Assembly (NCBI GenBank): GCA_050298815.1
Contig: JBNKUV010000091.1
Span: 70,633-102,632 of the forward strand
DNA length: 32,000 nucleotides
From: Polyangiaceae bacterium
Lineage (GTDB): Bacteria > Myxococcota_A > Polyangia > Polyangiales > Polyangiaceae
Direction: 5' to 3'
Under the pieces are notes generated by a model that did no database searches, was not told the DNA's origin, and was given only the letters and a program-made list of their open reading frames with translations. The position numbers were made by a program, and so were the translations under genes. Below, one piece after another: positions 23,396 through 31,455 of this stretch. Position 1 is the stretch's first letter. Each line of letters starts with the position of its first letter.

Positions 23396-25822
23396 TCAAT
23401 TGATCGCCTCGTCCTCACGTTGGCGTTCGTCTTCAGTGCGTACTACGTCCGGGTCCGTCGCGTCAGACGTATCAACGTGGCGTTTCTTCAGGGTGAAATG
23501 GAAGACTGACCCGGTGCCGACTTCAGACTCCACCCAAAGCCGCCCACCATGGAGCTCCACGATGCGTCTACACGTGGTGAGACCAATTCCACTTCCGGGA
23601 TACTGCGCGCGAGAGTGCAGGCGCTGAAACATCTCAAATACCCGATCATGGTAGCGAGGCTCGATCCCTATCCCGTTGTCACTCACGGAGATTTGCCAGC
23701 AATCTGACCGCTCCCTAGCTCGCACTGTGACCTCTGGGATCTTCTCTGAACGATACTTCAGCGCGTTGCTGATGAGATTCTGAAACAGCTGCGTCAGCTG
23801 CGCGATATCTCCTTCTACGTGGGGCAGTTCTTGATAAGACACCCGCGCACCGGTAGCTTGAATGGGACTGGCAAGGACGGAGAGCGCATCCTTCATCACG
23901 TCCTCGAGCAACAGAGGTCTGAAGTTCGTTTTTGAGCGCCCAAGCAAAGAAAAAGAAAGCAGGCCTTCAATCAACCGCCGCATTTGCTCGGTCCCTTCGA
24001 CCATGTGTCGCATCAGCTTGTCCGCTTTGGAGTCGAGCTGGCCCGCGTACTGCTTGGCAAGTATCTGCGCACAGCCGGAGACGGCTCGGAGCGGCTCCTG
24101 CAAGTCATGCGAGACGGAGTAGGCAAAGCGCTCAAGGTCCTCGTTACTTCGCTCAAGCTCCTGCTTCCAACGCAAATGTAGCTCCTCCATCTCCTTGCGC
24201 TCGGTGATGACCTGGCTGAAGAAGATGATTCCTCCCACGGTCCCGTCAGGCCTCCGCCAGGGGCGAGCCTCCCACTGCACCCACTCCAGGATTCCATCCG
24301 CGCGCGGGAACTGATCCTCCGCGCACCGTTCAGTATTGCCGGCAAGAACTCGTTGGTGGATCTCCTTCCAGCGCGGGGGGACGTCCGGAAACACCTCATA
24401 GTGACTCTTTCCGATCATGTCTCGACCCTCCAGCCTGAAGTCCTGAAGCCACTTGTCACTGACATGGAGGTAACGCAGGGCAGGATCCAGCATCGCAATT
24501 GCGGCGGGGGCATACTTCACAAACTGTTGCAACAGCTGTTCACTCTCTACCAGCGCGGACCGCAGCTCGACTTCGGCTGTGACGTCCCAATTCACACCGA
24601 GCATGCGTGACGGCTCGCCATCATCTTCATAGAAGACGCGAGCACAGCCCTGCACATACCGCACCGAGTTGTCGTTCAACCGCACCCTGAATCTTTCATT
24701 GAACGACCGTTTTCCGGCCAGAGCGGCTTGAACGGCCTCCTCCACCGGACCTGCGTCCCCTGGGTCTAGCCTGGACTTCCATTGCTCATATTGAATCACC
24801 ACAGCCTCTGCACCTGGATCCCCCAAATCATAGAGCGCCATCATGGTCGGATCCCACCACAGCTCTTTGGTCTTCAGACTCCAGTCCCATACGCCCATCC
24901 CCACGGCGCTGGTGGCCAGCCTAGCCCTTGCTGCCGCGCGATCTCGCTCCGCTCGTGCCGTGAACAACTCCGTGATGTCCTGGAAGGTGCCAACAAGTCT
25001 CAAGGTGGAGCCGTCGGAAGCCAGGACCGCTCTGCAGCGCGCCAGTGCTTTCCTGACCTCTCCACTCGGCCTCTGGAAGTCTACCTCCAGCTCATAGCCC
25101 TCACCGGTTGATAGCGCTTTGGAGATCCCATCTTGGATGAGTTTCCAGCTGTGGTCACTGAAGAGCCTGCGATGCTCTTCATAGGGGGGCTCTCCTAGTT
25201 CTGGGTCCAGTCCCATAATTCGGAACAGCTCATCAGACCAGATCACCTGATTGTCGCTCGCACGGAGCGACCAACTGCCAAGCCGGGCGAGACTCTCCGC
25301 CTCAGCCAACTGCGAAGCGGTAGCGCGCAGCACCGAGTTGAGATGATTCAGGTCCTCCGTACGCGCACGAACCCTACTTTCCAACTCAGCATTGAGGCGC
25401 CTGAGTTCAGCTTGGGCCTGACGATTCTCCTCAATGTCAGTGTTTATCCCCAACCACTTTCGGATCTCGCCTTCATCATCTCTGAGCGGTATCGCCCGAG
25501 TAGCGAACCAGCGATAGGTACCGTCGTAGCGTCGGATGCGAAACTCGATCTCAAACGGCTCCCCTCGGCTTGAAGAGAGCTGCCACTTGTCTATCGTCGG
25601 CTGTTTGTCATCCGGGTGGAGTTGTTCCAGCCATCCGTACCCGAGCTGTTCCGCCTCCGGAATCCCCGTGTACTGCACCCATTGCGGTCCGAGATAGTCG
25701 CAGGGGCCATCCGGCGCGCACGTCCAAACCAGTGACGGAAGTGACTCCGCTAGCTCCCTGAACGCGACCGACCCGGCCTCCCCATTGCTAGCGCTGCTCC
25801 GAGTCTCGTCCAGTATGCCCAT
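23396..25822 (-). CDS. Cytoplasmic multi-PAS/PAC sensor histidine kinase
   Basis: Several PAS/PAC-like modules (W..PDG...Y.....W..YTG; recurring RRxDGxxxW). H-box VSHDLQEPLRAV. SNALKY, DNGIGI, GSGIGL. ATG 25822 has GGGGAG upstream. Confidence 0.85.
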   Translation of the reverse strand: MGILDETRSSASNGEAGSVAFRELAESLPSLVWTCAPDGPCDYLGPQWVQYTGIPEAEQLGYGWLEQLHPDDKQPTIDKWQLSSSRGEPFEIEFRIRRYDGTYRWFATRAIPLRDDEGEIRKWLGINTDIEENRQAQAELRRLNAELESRVRARTEDLNHLNSVLRATASQLAEAESLARLGSWSLRASDNQVIWSDELFRIMGLDPELGEPPYEEHRRLFSDHSWKLIQDGISKALSTGEGYELEVDFQRPSGEVRKALARCRAVLASDGSTLRLVGTFQDITELFTARAERDRAAARARLATSAVGMGVWDWSLKTKELWWDPTMMALYDLGDPGAEAVVIQYEQWKSRLDPGDAGPVEEAVQAALAGKRSFNERFRVRLNDNSVRYVQGCARVFYEDDGEPSRMLGVNWDVTAEVELRSALVESEQLLQQFVKYAPAAIAMLDPALRYLHVSDKWLQDFRLEGRDMIGKSHYEVFPDVPPRWKEIHQRVLAGNTERCAEDQFPRADGILEWVQWEARPWRRPDGTVGGIIFFSQVITERKEMEELHLRWKQELERSNEDLERFAYSVSHDLQEPLRAVSGCAQILAKQYAGQLDSKADKLMRHMVEGTEQMRRLIEGLLSFSLLGRSKTNFRPLLLEDVMKDALSVLASPIQATGARVSYQELPHVEGDIAQLTQLFQNLISNALKYRSEKIPEVTVRARERSDCWQISVSDNGIGIEPRYHDRVFEMFQRLHSRAQYPGSGIGLTTCRRIVELHGGRLWVESEVGTGSVFHFTLKKRHVDTSDATDPDVVRTEDERQREDEAIN

Positions 25823-25861
25823 CCTTCTCTTGCTCCCCACGCGTGAAGGCCTGAGAGTGTC

Positions 25862-26266
25862 TCAGTGGTGTCCGGAGCGCAACCTCCTGCTGCTCGAAAC
25901 GTCCACCAAACGGAGAACCACCGCGCACGTCTCCAGCGCACTACTCCACTCTGTGCGCGTGGACGCGCCCTGCAGATCTGCCGCGCCATTCTACCCAAAA
26001 GGACCTCCGCGCTGCACGTCCTCAGGCCGTTCCTCCGTGAACGCACGCCAGCGCAGCAGCTCTTCCGCTCCGGTCTGCCGAGACGTCGCCGCGCACTGGC
26101 ACCAAACAACGAGGCCCTCCGCCGGCAAAGTTCCGAGCGGCACGTCGTCAGGGAGCCTCCGCCCGGAGATGGTGCTCGCGCATGGCTTTTCCGCTTCAAG
26201 TCCCCCTCGCGCTACGAGGCGCCCATATGGCAGTGGACCAGACCCCGTCCACGCGGTCATAATCAC
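25862..26266 (-). pseudogene. Unidentified ORF interrupted by an in-frame TAG (25991-25993)
   Basis: The same frame reads ...RAFTEERPEDVQRGGPFG * NGAADLQGASTRTEWSSALETCAVVLRLVDV... The frame also stays open upstream of GTG 26266 without any start. The composition is protein-like but I recognise no family. Confidence 0.25.
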
Positions 26267-26951
26267 GTGCAGAGCCGCGTCCGGATCAGTCCCTCGCGCC
26301 GTAGGGCTTGAGATTGCTCCGCGACCGCAGATGTCATGATCTGTTTCAGCCCAGGAAGACAGCTTCCGATAGTCTCTTCCGCTTCTGAATTGCTGGGAGT
26401 CTGATACTTCTACCGAGTAGTCGGGGGCCGCCAGCGGGGCTGCATGCGCTCAGTAGTGCGAGCAACCCGTGTCTCACGCAACAACAATCGTTTGGTCGCG
26501 CCTGCTTCTTTCGGGTCTTCTCCTTGTTGGTGTCGATGGACGCCTCCCGATGACAACCTCCTCGTTGGCGGTCTAGCAACCGGGTCAAGGTTCATCCACG
26601 ACAGCCAGATCGACGAGTGTGAGCCCACCGAGGTTAGTTCGTCTGCCGCATTGCAATGGGTACGGCACAGGTCGAGCCGCTTCGGCAGATCAACGCCGCG
26701 TCTCCGTCGCCGTGAAGGACGCTCGTCGTCAGCTCGCCGATTCGCGTCTCGACGCCACTGGCTGTTTCGATTTACGCTGAGTCCCAGCGCTCAAGCGAGT
26801 GAACAGTGCACCGGAGACAACACGTTTGCCAGGCGTACGGCGACGGCGACTGCTGCCCCGGCTATTTCTGTAGTGCCGGGAACTGCAGGTACCGGGTAAG
26901 GGTGAGGTAGGCTCGGACAAGCCGCGCACACCCGCGCTATGTTTGCGGCGA

Positions 26952-27460
26952 ATGACCTCTGACAAGCGCTGCTTCGAGCGGACAACGCCTGGGACCGGAT
27001 GGCATGCGATCCGCAAGGCGCTGCAGATTGGTCTGACCGTCGCCGTTTGCCTGGCTTCCGCAGGATGCAAGGATGAGTACTGCGCCCAGGGCTCGACCTC
27101 CGTCTGCGGTGAGGGCTCGGATGAGGCGAGCTGCGCGGAGCTCAACAGTTGTCGTTGGGGCTCGCTTTGTGTCCCAGTTCAGTGTTCGCGGCGCAGAAGC
27201 CAGGAAGAATGCGAGACCTTGTCTTGGTGTCATTGGCGTGAGAGTGCACGCCTCTGTAGGGATCTACCAGATGCCGGCGCTCGGCCCCTTGCCATGAGCG
27301 TTCCGACGCCGGGAGTTGCGCTACGCTGGGGGAGCGCTGCCGTTGGGGCGATTTCTGTCAAAGCACCACGACGGCGGAAGACTGCAGCAGCATAACATCC
27401 AGGTCCACATGCAACTCTACCGGAGCCTGCAGTTGGCACACGACGTCGTCGCTGCACTGA
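26952..27460 (+). pseudogene. Cys-rich repeat lipoprotein gene with a frame break near 27260-27292
   Basis: Signal peptide and lipobox (LTVAVCLASAGC). Motif [ST]xxxC-x2-L-x2-3-C-x-W-x3-5-C occurs twice in frame 0 (SCAELNSCRWGSLC, ECETLSWCHWRESARLC). It continues twice more only in the -1 frame (SCATLGERCRWGDFC, DCSSITSRSTCNSTGACSW) down to TGA 27458-27460. Confidence 0.5.
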
Positions 27461-27609
27461 AACGCCGCTGCGCGTAAGTGATACAAGCGGCCCCCTGTTG
27501 TTCGACGCGGGTCCGGAGGAGCGCCCTTCTCCTGCCCGAACGCCCAGACCACATGCGGGAGAAGCGCACAAGTGCGCTATTGGTGTCCTCGGAGCGTCTG
27601 AGTCACCGA

Positions 27610-27984
27610 TCAGCGGGGCAGCGGAGCCTTGCCGCAGGGGCGGCGCGAAGCTCTGGAGCAAGAATAGGCGCACCCTCGGGGTGGGGCTCTTTGGGGAGCA
27701 TCGGTGGGTTGTCGGCGCAGGCTTTGGGGACGGGTCAGCAATGCTTTGAGCTGCATCGACCCGCCGCACTTGGAGCACTGGATGTCGATGTCGAAACTGC
27801 GTTTGAGCAGCTCCGGCCAAGGCCTCCAAGTCGAGCGCGCCTTGCGTGCGCCATCTGCAGCGGGCGGCGGTGGGGCGCGACCTTCCCCGGAGCGCTCGGG
27901 CTCAGGGACGATCAGTGGTCGCCATCTGGCTGCGGATGAGAGGATGCCTCCGTAGCGAAATGTGAGACGGGCGCAGGACCGGGT
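27610..27984 (-). mobile_element. IS91-family (HUH/Y-transposase) C-terminal remnant
   Basis: Open frame without a start codon reads ...EGRAPPPPAADGARKARSTWRPWPELLKRSFDIDIQCSKCGGSMQLKALLT... This matches the recalled IS91-type tail W(A/P)ELLRRVFxxDVxxCxxCGGxMxxxA. A stop lies immediately upstream at 27985-27987. Confidence 0.5.
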
Positions 27985-28516
27985 TCATTGTTCGCGCTGG
28001 AGCCTCCTGTTGATGCTGCCGCACCGCCGCTCTCGGAGAGTTGCGCACTCGCGCTGCCATTGGAGTCCGCAGTGTCTTGGGACATAACTGCGCCGCCGGA
28101 GTCAGACGACATGTGCTCTTCGGACGAGTTGGACTCCTCTGACGGGCCCCCGCGGTGTCCCCACTAGCGGAGGTGGTGCCTGGATCCGCGTCAGCGTCAG
28201 CCGCCCCGTTGCACGCGCAGAGCAGCGATGGGGTAGATAGAGCGGTGTGCGGGAGCCATGGCTCCAGCCTGATGGCTAGCTGCCGAGGACTCAATGAGAA
28301 GCGGCGGATGGGGCAAGGTTTTCGTATTCTTACAGAATACGCTTCCGTGCTCATGCGAGCGGTCAAGGAGGCCCGCGCGGCTATGCCGCAGCCGACCTGA
28401 ACACAACTACACTCAGAGGCAGACTTGGTACGGCATTGATAGTGCACGTGAGAACTATTTCGCCCAATCTTTGAACGGGATTGGTTGTCAGACGGCGAGG
28501 GGGGAGATGAGGCCGG

Positions 28517-29206
28517 ATGAAGAAGGAAGAACGCAAGTCAGACGTGCCAGTTGGGAGTGCCACACGCGCTGGGGGGTTGATGTTGCTGCTGGGTTTGGCG
28601 GCAGGTGCGGCTTCGTTCTCGCTTTGGGGAGCTCGGGAACAGAGCGCACAAGTTGGCACGGCCACTGAGCCCCAGGGGAACGTGGACGCTCGACCATCGG
28701 TTGCTTCAGCTTTGGCCGCCACTCCCGCGGCATCTTCCGGGCTGCGCGCCGTGGCATCAGCCACCGCGATGAGGCTTCCTGCAGGCAATCCGCCGGACTC
28801 TTCCAAGGCCGGCGCAACGTCTGGGAGCAACTCTGCCCTATATCCGGATGCGGTGAGCGCCGAGGAAGGCGTTGCTCATCCCACTCCCACTGAACGTGAT
28901 GCCATCTACAAACGCGTGACCCAGCACATGCGGCAGCAATTCCTGCCTTTGGCGGAGCAGTGCTATGAGGGGCTACTGGAGCGCGACGATCAGGCGAGCG
29001 GTGTTGTGGAAATGGAGCTCACCGTGGTGGGGGATGACGGTGTTGGCGGGATAGTAGAGCGGGCGCGGCTGGGGGATGGGACTACGTTCACGGATGCAGA
29101 CTTCAGGACTTGCATCACGGAATCCTCTTTCACTACGGAGTTTGATCCCCCCGAAGGTCTGGACGGCAAGGTGACGATTGTCTATCCGCTGAGATTCGCG
29201 CCGTAG
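28517..29206 (+). CDS. Membrane-anchored protein with AgmX/PglI-type (TonB-C-like) C-terminal domain
   Basis: TM GGLMLLLGLAAGAASFSLWG, Ala/Ser/Pro-rich linker, then C-terminal CYEGLLERDDQASGVVEMELTVVGDDGVGG...DADFRTCITES...FDPPEGLDGKVTIVYPLRF. This is typical of the myxobacterial tail domain. Confidence 0.6.
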   Translation: MKKEERKSDVPVGSATRAGGLMLLLGLAAGAASFSLWGAREQSAQVGTATEPQGNVDARPSVASALAATPAASSGLRAVASATAMRLPAGNPPDSSKAGATSGSNSALYPDAVSAEEGVAHPTPTERDAIYKRVTQHMRQQFLPLAEQCYEGLLERDDQASGVVEMELTVVGDDGVGGIVERARLGDGTTFTDADFRTCITESSFTTEFDPPEGLDGKVTIVYPLRFAP

Positions 29207-29416
29207 CGTGGGTGTGTGCTCGTGGAAACGATGAGCACCCCTTTGCCGTTGTAAGCGTGTCGAGCCGCGCGAGAACCCGCTGTACTACCGCCCGCCGCTG
29301 ATCGACGGCAATGGCTCGGCGATCGATTGGCGGACCTACAGCTTGCGCGTTGCTGTTGAGCGTCGATTGCAGTGTGCCGTCCGCCGCACAGCCCTGCGAG
29401 AACTTCGTCCATCGCT

Positions 29417-29527
29417 GCTCTGCAGCTGGGCGCGGCGTGGGGATACGTGGCTGCTGCAGACGCGCAAGCGTCGGTGGATGCGTTGAGTGCGCTGGGGGCG
29501 CGGCGTTATGGGTTGTCGCAACGGTGA
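29417..29527 (+). pseudogene. 3'-terminal fragment of a four-helix-bundle gene (36 codons plus stop)
   Basis: 29417-29531 aligns to 1450-1564 with 110/115 identities (hand alignment). It encodes ALQLGAAWGYVAAADAQASVDALSALGARRYGLSQR*. Upstream there is only weak, out-of-frame resemblance (AVRRTALRELRPS vs SFRRALGELYESQ). Confidence 0.7.
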
Positions 29528-29610
29528 GGGGGGGCGAGTGGCAAGCAGCCTGGAGTGTGCACTGGCTCCGGCACCGGCAGAACGCTGGCCCACGAGCGGG
29601 GCCGAGGTTG

Positions 29611-30021
29611 TTAGGGCGAATCGGAGCAAGCCTGGAGGAGGTTGGCGAAGAGATGCTCTGGATCATGCAAGACATGGATGCCTCCAGAGACGACTCGGCG
29701 AGTGCCCGGATCCACAGGAACGGCGCACCATTCGGTTTTGGCGAAACCGAACTCCACCTCCGGTCCGTCCTGGAAGAACACACGGACCGTCGTCAGCTTG
29801 CCCCAGCGCTCGATGGCGGTGCCCCGCGGCACTCCAAGCTCGCATACCCACTGCTGGTCTCCAGCATAAGTCTCCGGGGCATCGGTCAGAATGACCAAGT
29901 CCACATCAGATGTCGGTGTCGGGTTTCCTGTGGCGTACGAGCCAACGAGGGCCAGACCTCGCAGGTCGGCACGTCTTTGTGCCCACTGCGGGATAGCGGC
30001 GATGAGCTCACTGGTACGCAA
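29611..30021 (-). CDS. Minimal nucleotidyltransferase (Pol-beta superfamily, MNT-like)
   Basis: GSYATGNPTPTSDVDLVILTD (GS-x9-13-DxD). Start proposed at TTG 30021 with AGGA 7 nt upstream. The track ORF extends to 30291 but overlaps the upstream gene. Confidence 0.65.
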   Translation of the reverse strand: MRTSELIAAIPQWAQRRADLRGLALVGSYATGNPTPTSDVDLVILTDAPETYAGDQQWVCELGVPRGTAIERWGKLTTVRVFFQDGPEVEFGFAKTEWCAVPVDPGTRRVVSGGIHVLHDPEHLFANLLQACSDSP

Positions 30022-30031
30022 AGTGATTGTC

Positions 30032-30526
30032 CTATAGTGCTTCTGACAAGCGAGAGTGGTCGCGTGCGGCTTTGACGACAGCGTTGACGGCTTTGACAAC
30101 CTCTGCGGGGGATTCGAGCGGAATGTGATGCGAGCTGTCGCGGAGAGTGACCACGACGCTGTTGGACGACATGGCGGCCAGTTCGGCTTGGGCTTTCTGC
30201 CTCGCGACGAATTTCTGCTGCGCGCGCTTCGCGTGAAGTTCGGCAACCATGTCCCGATTGGAATGTGGAGGAGGAGCGGGGCTGCTGGCACCCAATCCAG
30301 CCCGATCGTACGCGCACGCCCTGGTCAGTTTGGCGACTTCGGGCTGGACCTTGGACCAAGCGCGCGCGTCGTTGCCCAGCCCAGACTCGAAGACGACGGT
30401 GGGAGACCCCTCGCCGTTGCAGACCAAGTGGAGTGACAAGCCATCGACCGGGACCTTCGTGTCGAGTGTCGCTGGGTCGTGACACGCGACAGAGCAGAGC
30501 AGGGGGAGCACGTGTCGTGAACGCAT
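30032..30526 (-). CDS. Alpha/beta-hydrolase-like lipoprotein lacking the nucleophile-elbow segment (probably inactive, internally deleted)
   Basis: Signal and lipobox LPLLCSVAC. N-terminal block TVVFESGLGNDARAWSKVQPEVAKLTRACAYDRAGLG and C-terminal block SSHHIPLESPAEVV are present. There is no GxSxG, and the length is 164 aa instead of about 280. Confidence 0.55.
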   Translation of the reverse strand: MRSRHVLPLLCSVACHDPATLDTKVPVDGLSLHLVCNGEGSPTVVFESGLGNDARAWSKVQPEVAKLTRACAYDRAGLGASSPAPPPHSNRDMVAELHAKRAQQKFVARQKAQAELAAMSSNSVVVTLRDSSHHIPLESPAEVVKAVNAVVKAARDHSRLSEAL

Positions 30527-30649
30527 GACCTACAAAAAAGGGAGGGATGCGGCACTGTCAAGTCTGCCGAGCAAAGCGTGGTTGATGGTCGGACATTGCG
30601 GTAGCCCTATGAGTTGACGGTCCAGCTCAGGGCGTGAGTTGGGCAGCGC

Positions 30650-31138
30650 TCATTCGGACCGCGACGGGTTCTTCCGGGAATTGGGGTCTTGATCACCGAG
30701 GTGTTCGACCATGAATGCTCGAGAAGAGGAGGCGAGTGTCATCTCGATACGCGCACGCATCGTTGGTCGTGACACCATGGTGAGCGCACTTGGAACGGGA
30801 AACCACCCCACGCGAGCGCTCTCGCCGCTGGTTTGGAGGGCCCCGCCGATCGGTTTGGCTTTGAAAAGAAAGGAGCAGATGCTTTTGGGCACGTTCTGAA
30901 AGACACCGGCAAGTCCGAGCAATTCGACCAGAATACCGGATTCTTCGCGGACCTCACGCAGCGCAGCATCCTGAATGGACTCGTTCAGCTCGACCTGGCC
31001 GCCGGGGATTTCCCAACCCCTGCGCGGCGATTCGACGAGGAGAATTTCATCATCCGGATTGGCGACAACGACTGCTGCAGACACGACGTGACGCGGTGAT
31101 TGGAGCCAGAGCGGCGAGGCGAACCAGTCGTCGGACAC
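30650..31138 (-). CDS. NUDIX hydrolase
   Basis: Nudix box GGQVELNESIQDAALREVREESGI (Gx5Ex7REUxEExGU). GTG start. Confidence 0.85.
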   Translation of the reverse strand: MSDDWFASPLWLQSPRHVVSAAVVVANPDDEILLVESPRRGWEIPGGQVELNESIQDAALREVREESGILVELLGLAGVFQNVPKSICSFLFKAKPIGGALQTSGESARVGWFPVPSALTMVSRPTMRARIEMTLASSSRAFMVEHLGDQDPNSRKNPSRSE

Positions 31139-31197
31139 GAGGACACCTTACAGTACGGATGGGACGGAATCGAGCTCGCCTGTCCCGTGTAGTAGCC

Positions 31198-31443
31198 TCA
31201 CTCTCGAGCGGCAGCCTGCGTGAGGGTGGAGTGCATGAAGGTCTGTTCGACAGCGTCGAAGAGTGGGGGGAAGGACCGCCGGAGCTCGTGCAGCTGCCTG
31301 ACCCTATCCTCGGTGCTCATCGACATGACCATGTTCATAATCGTGGCGCGTGTGTTGATGTGCGTCAACACCGGCGCAAGGCCAGTGGGGGCCCTGGAGA
31401 TCAGCGTTGACGGCGCCGCCCCGAGCAAACGGTCAGACGACAT
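31198..31443 (-). CDS. Hypothetical small protein (81 aa or shorter)
   Basis: Third codon positions are mostly G/C on reading the frame. It sits between the ATPase fragment and the NUDIX gene on the same strand. No recognisable motif. Confidence 0.4.
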   Translation of the reverse strand: MSSDRLLGAAPSTLISRAPTGLAPVLTHINTRATIMNMVMSMSTEDRVRQLHELRRSFPPLFDAVEQTFMHSTLTQAAARE

Positions 31444-31455
31444 GCTTGCGACTAG

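Noticed and set aside
26444-26899. 151-aa + strand ORF, and the ORFs 26346-26588(-), 26729-27145(-), 27230-27829(-), 27478-27939(+), 27902-28447(-), 28294-28668(+), 28381-28830(-)
   Set aside because: The translations are non-protein-like (Arg/Ser-rich, no motifs). The region is better explained by decayed elements: the IS91 tail in a different frame and the frame-broken Cys-rich genes. A Ser/Gly/Ala/Asp-rich frame at 27912-28163(-) could be a relic of a lipoprotein linker but has no signal peptide in frame.
27260-27292. Programmed -1 ribosomal frameshift in the Cys-rich lipoprotein gene (and at 26820-26830)
   Set aside because: There is no X_XXY_YYZ slippery heptamer and no obvious downstream pseudoknot. 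A 1-nt loss in a C4 run, by mutation or sequencing error, is the simpler explanation.
30527-30650. Possible terminator for the NUDIX gene (stem CGGCA/TGCCG with a T6 run on the - strand near 30531-30540)
   Set aside because: The stem is only 5 bp with a 10-nt loop, and the T-run is about 10 nt away from it. It more probably belongs to the 5' leader of the hydrolase-like gene.
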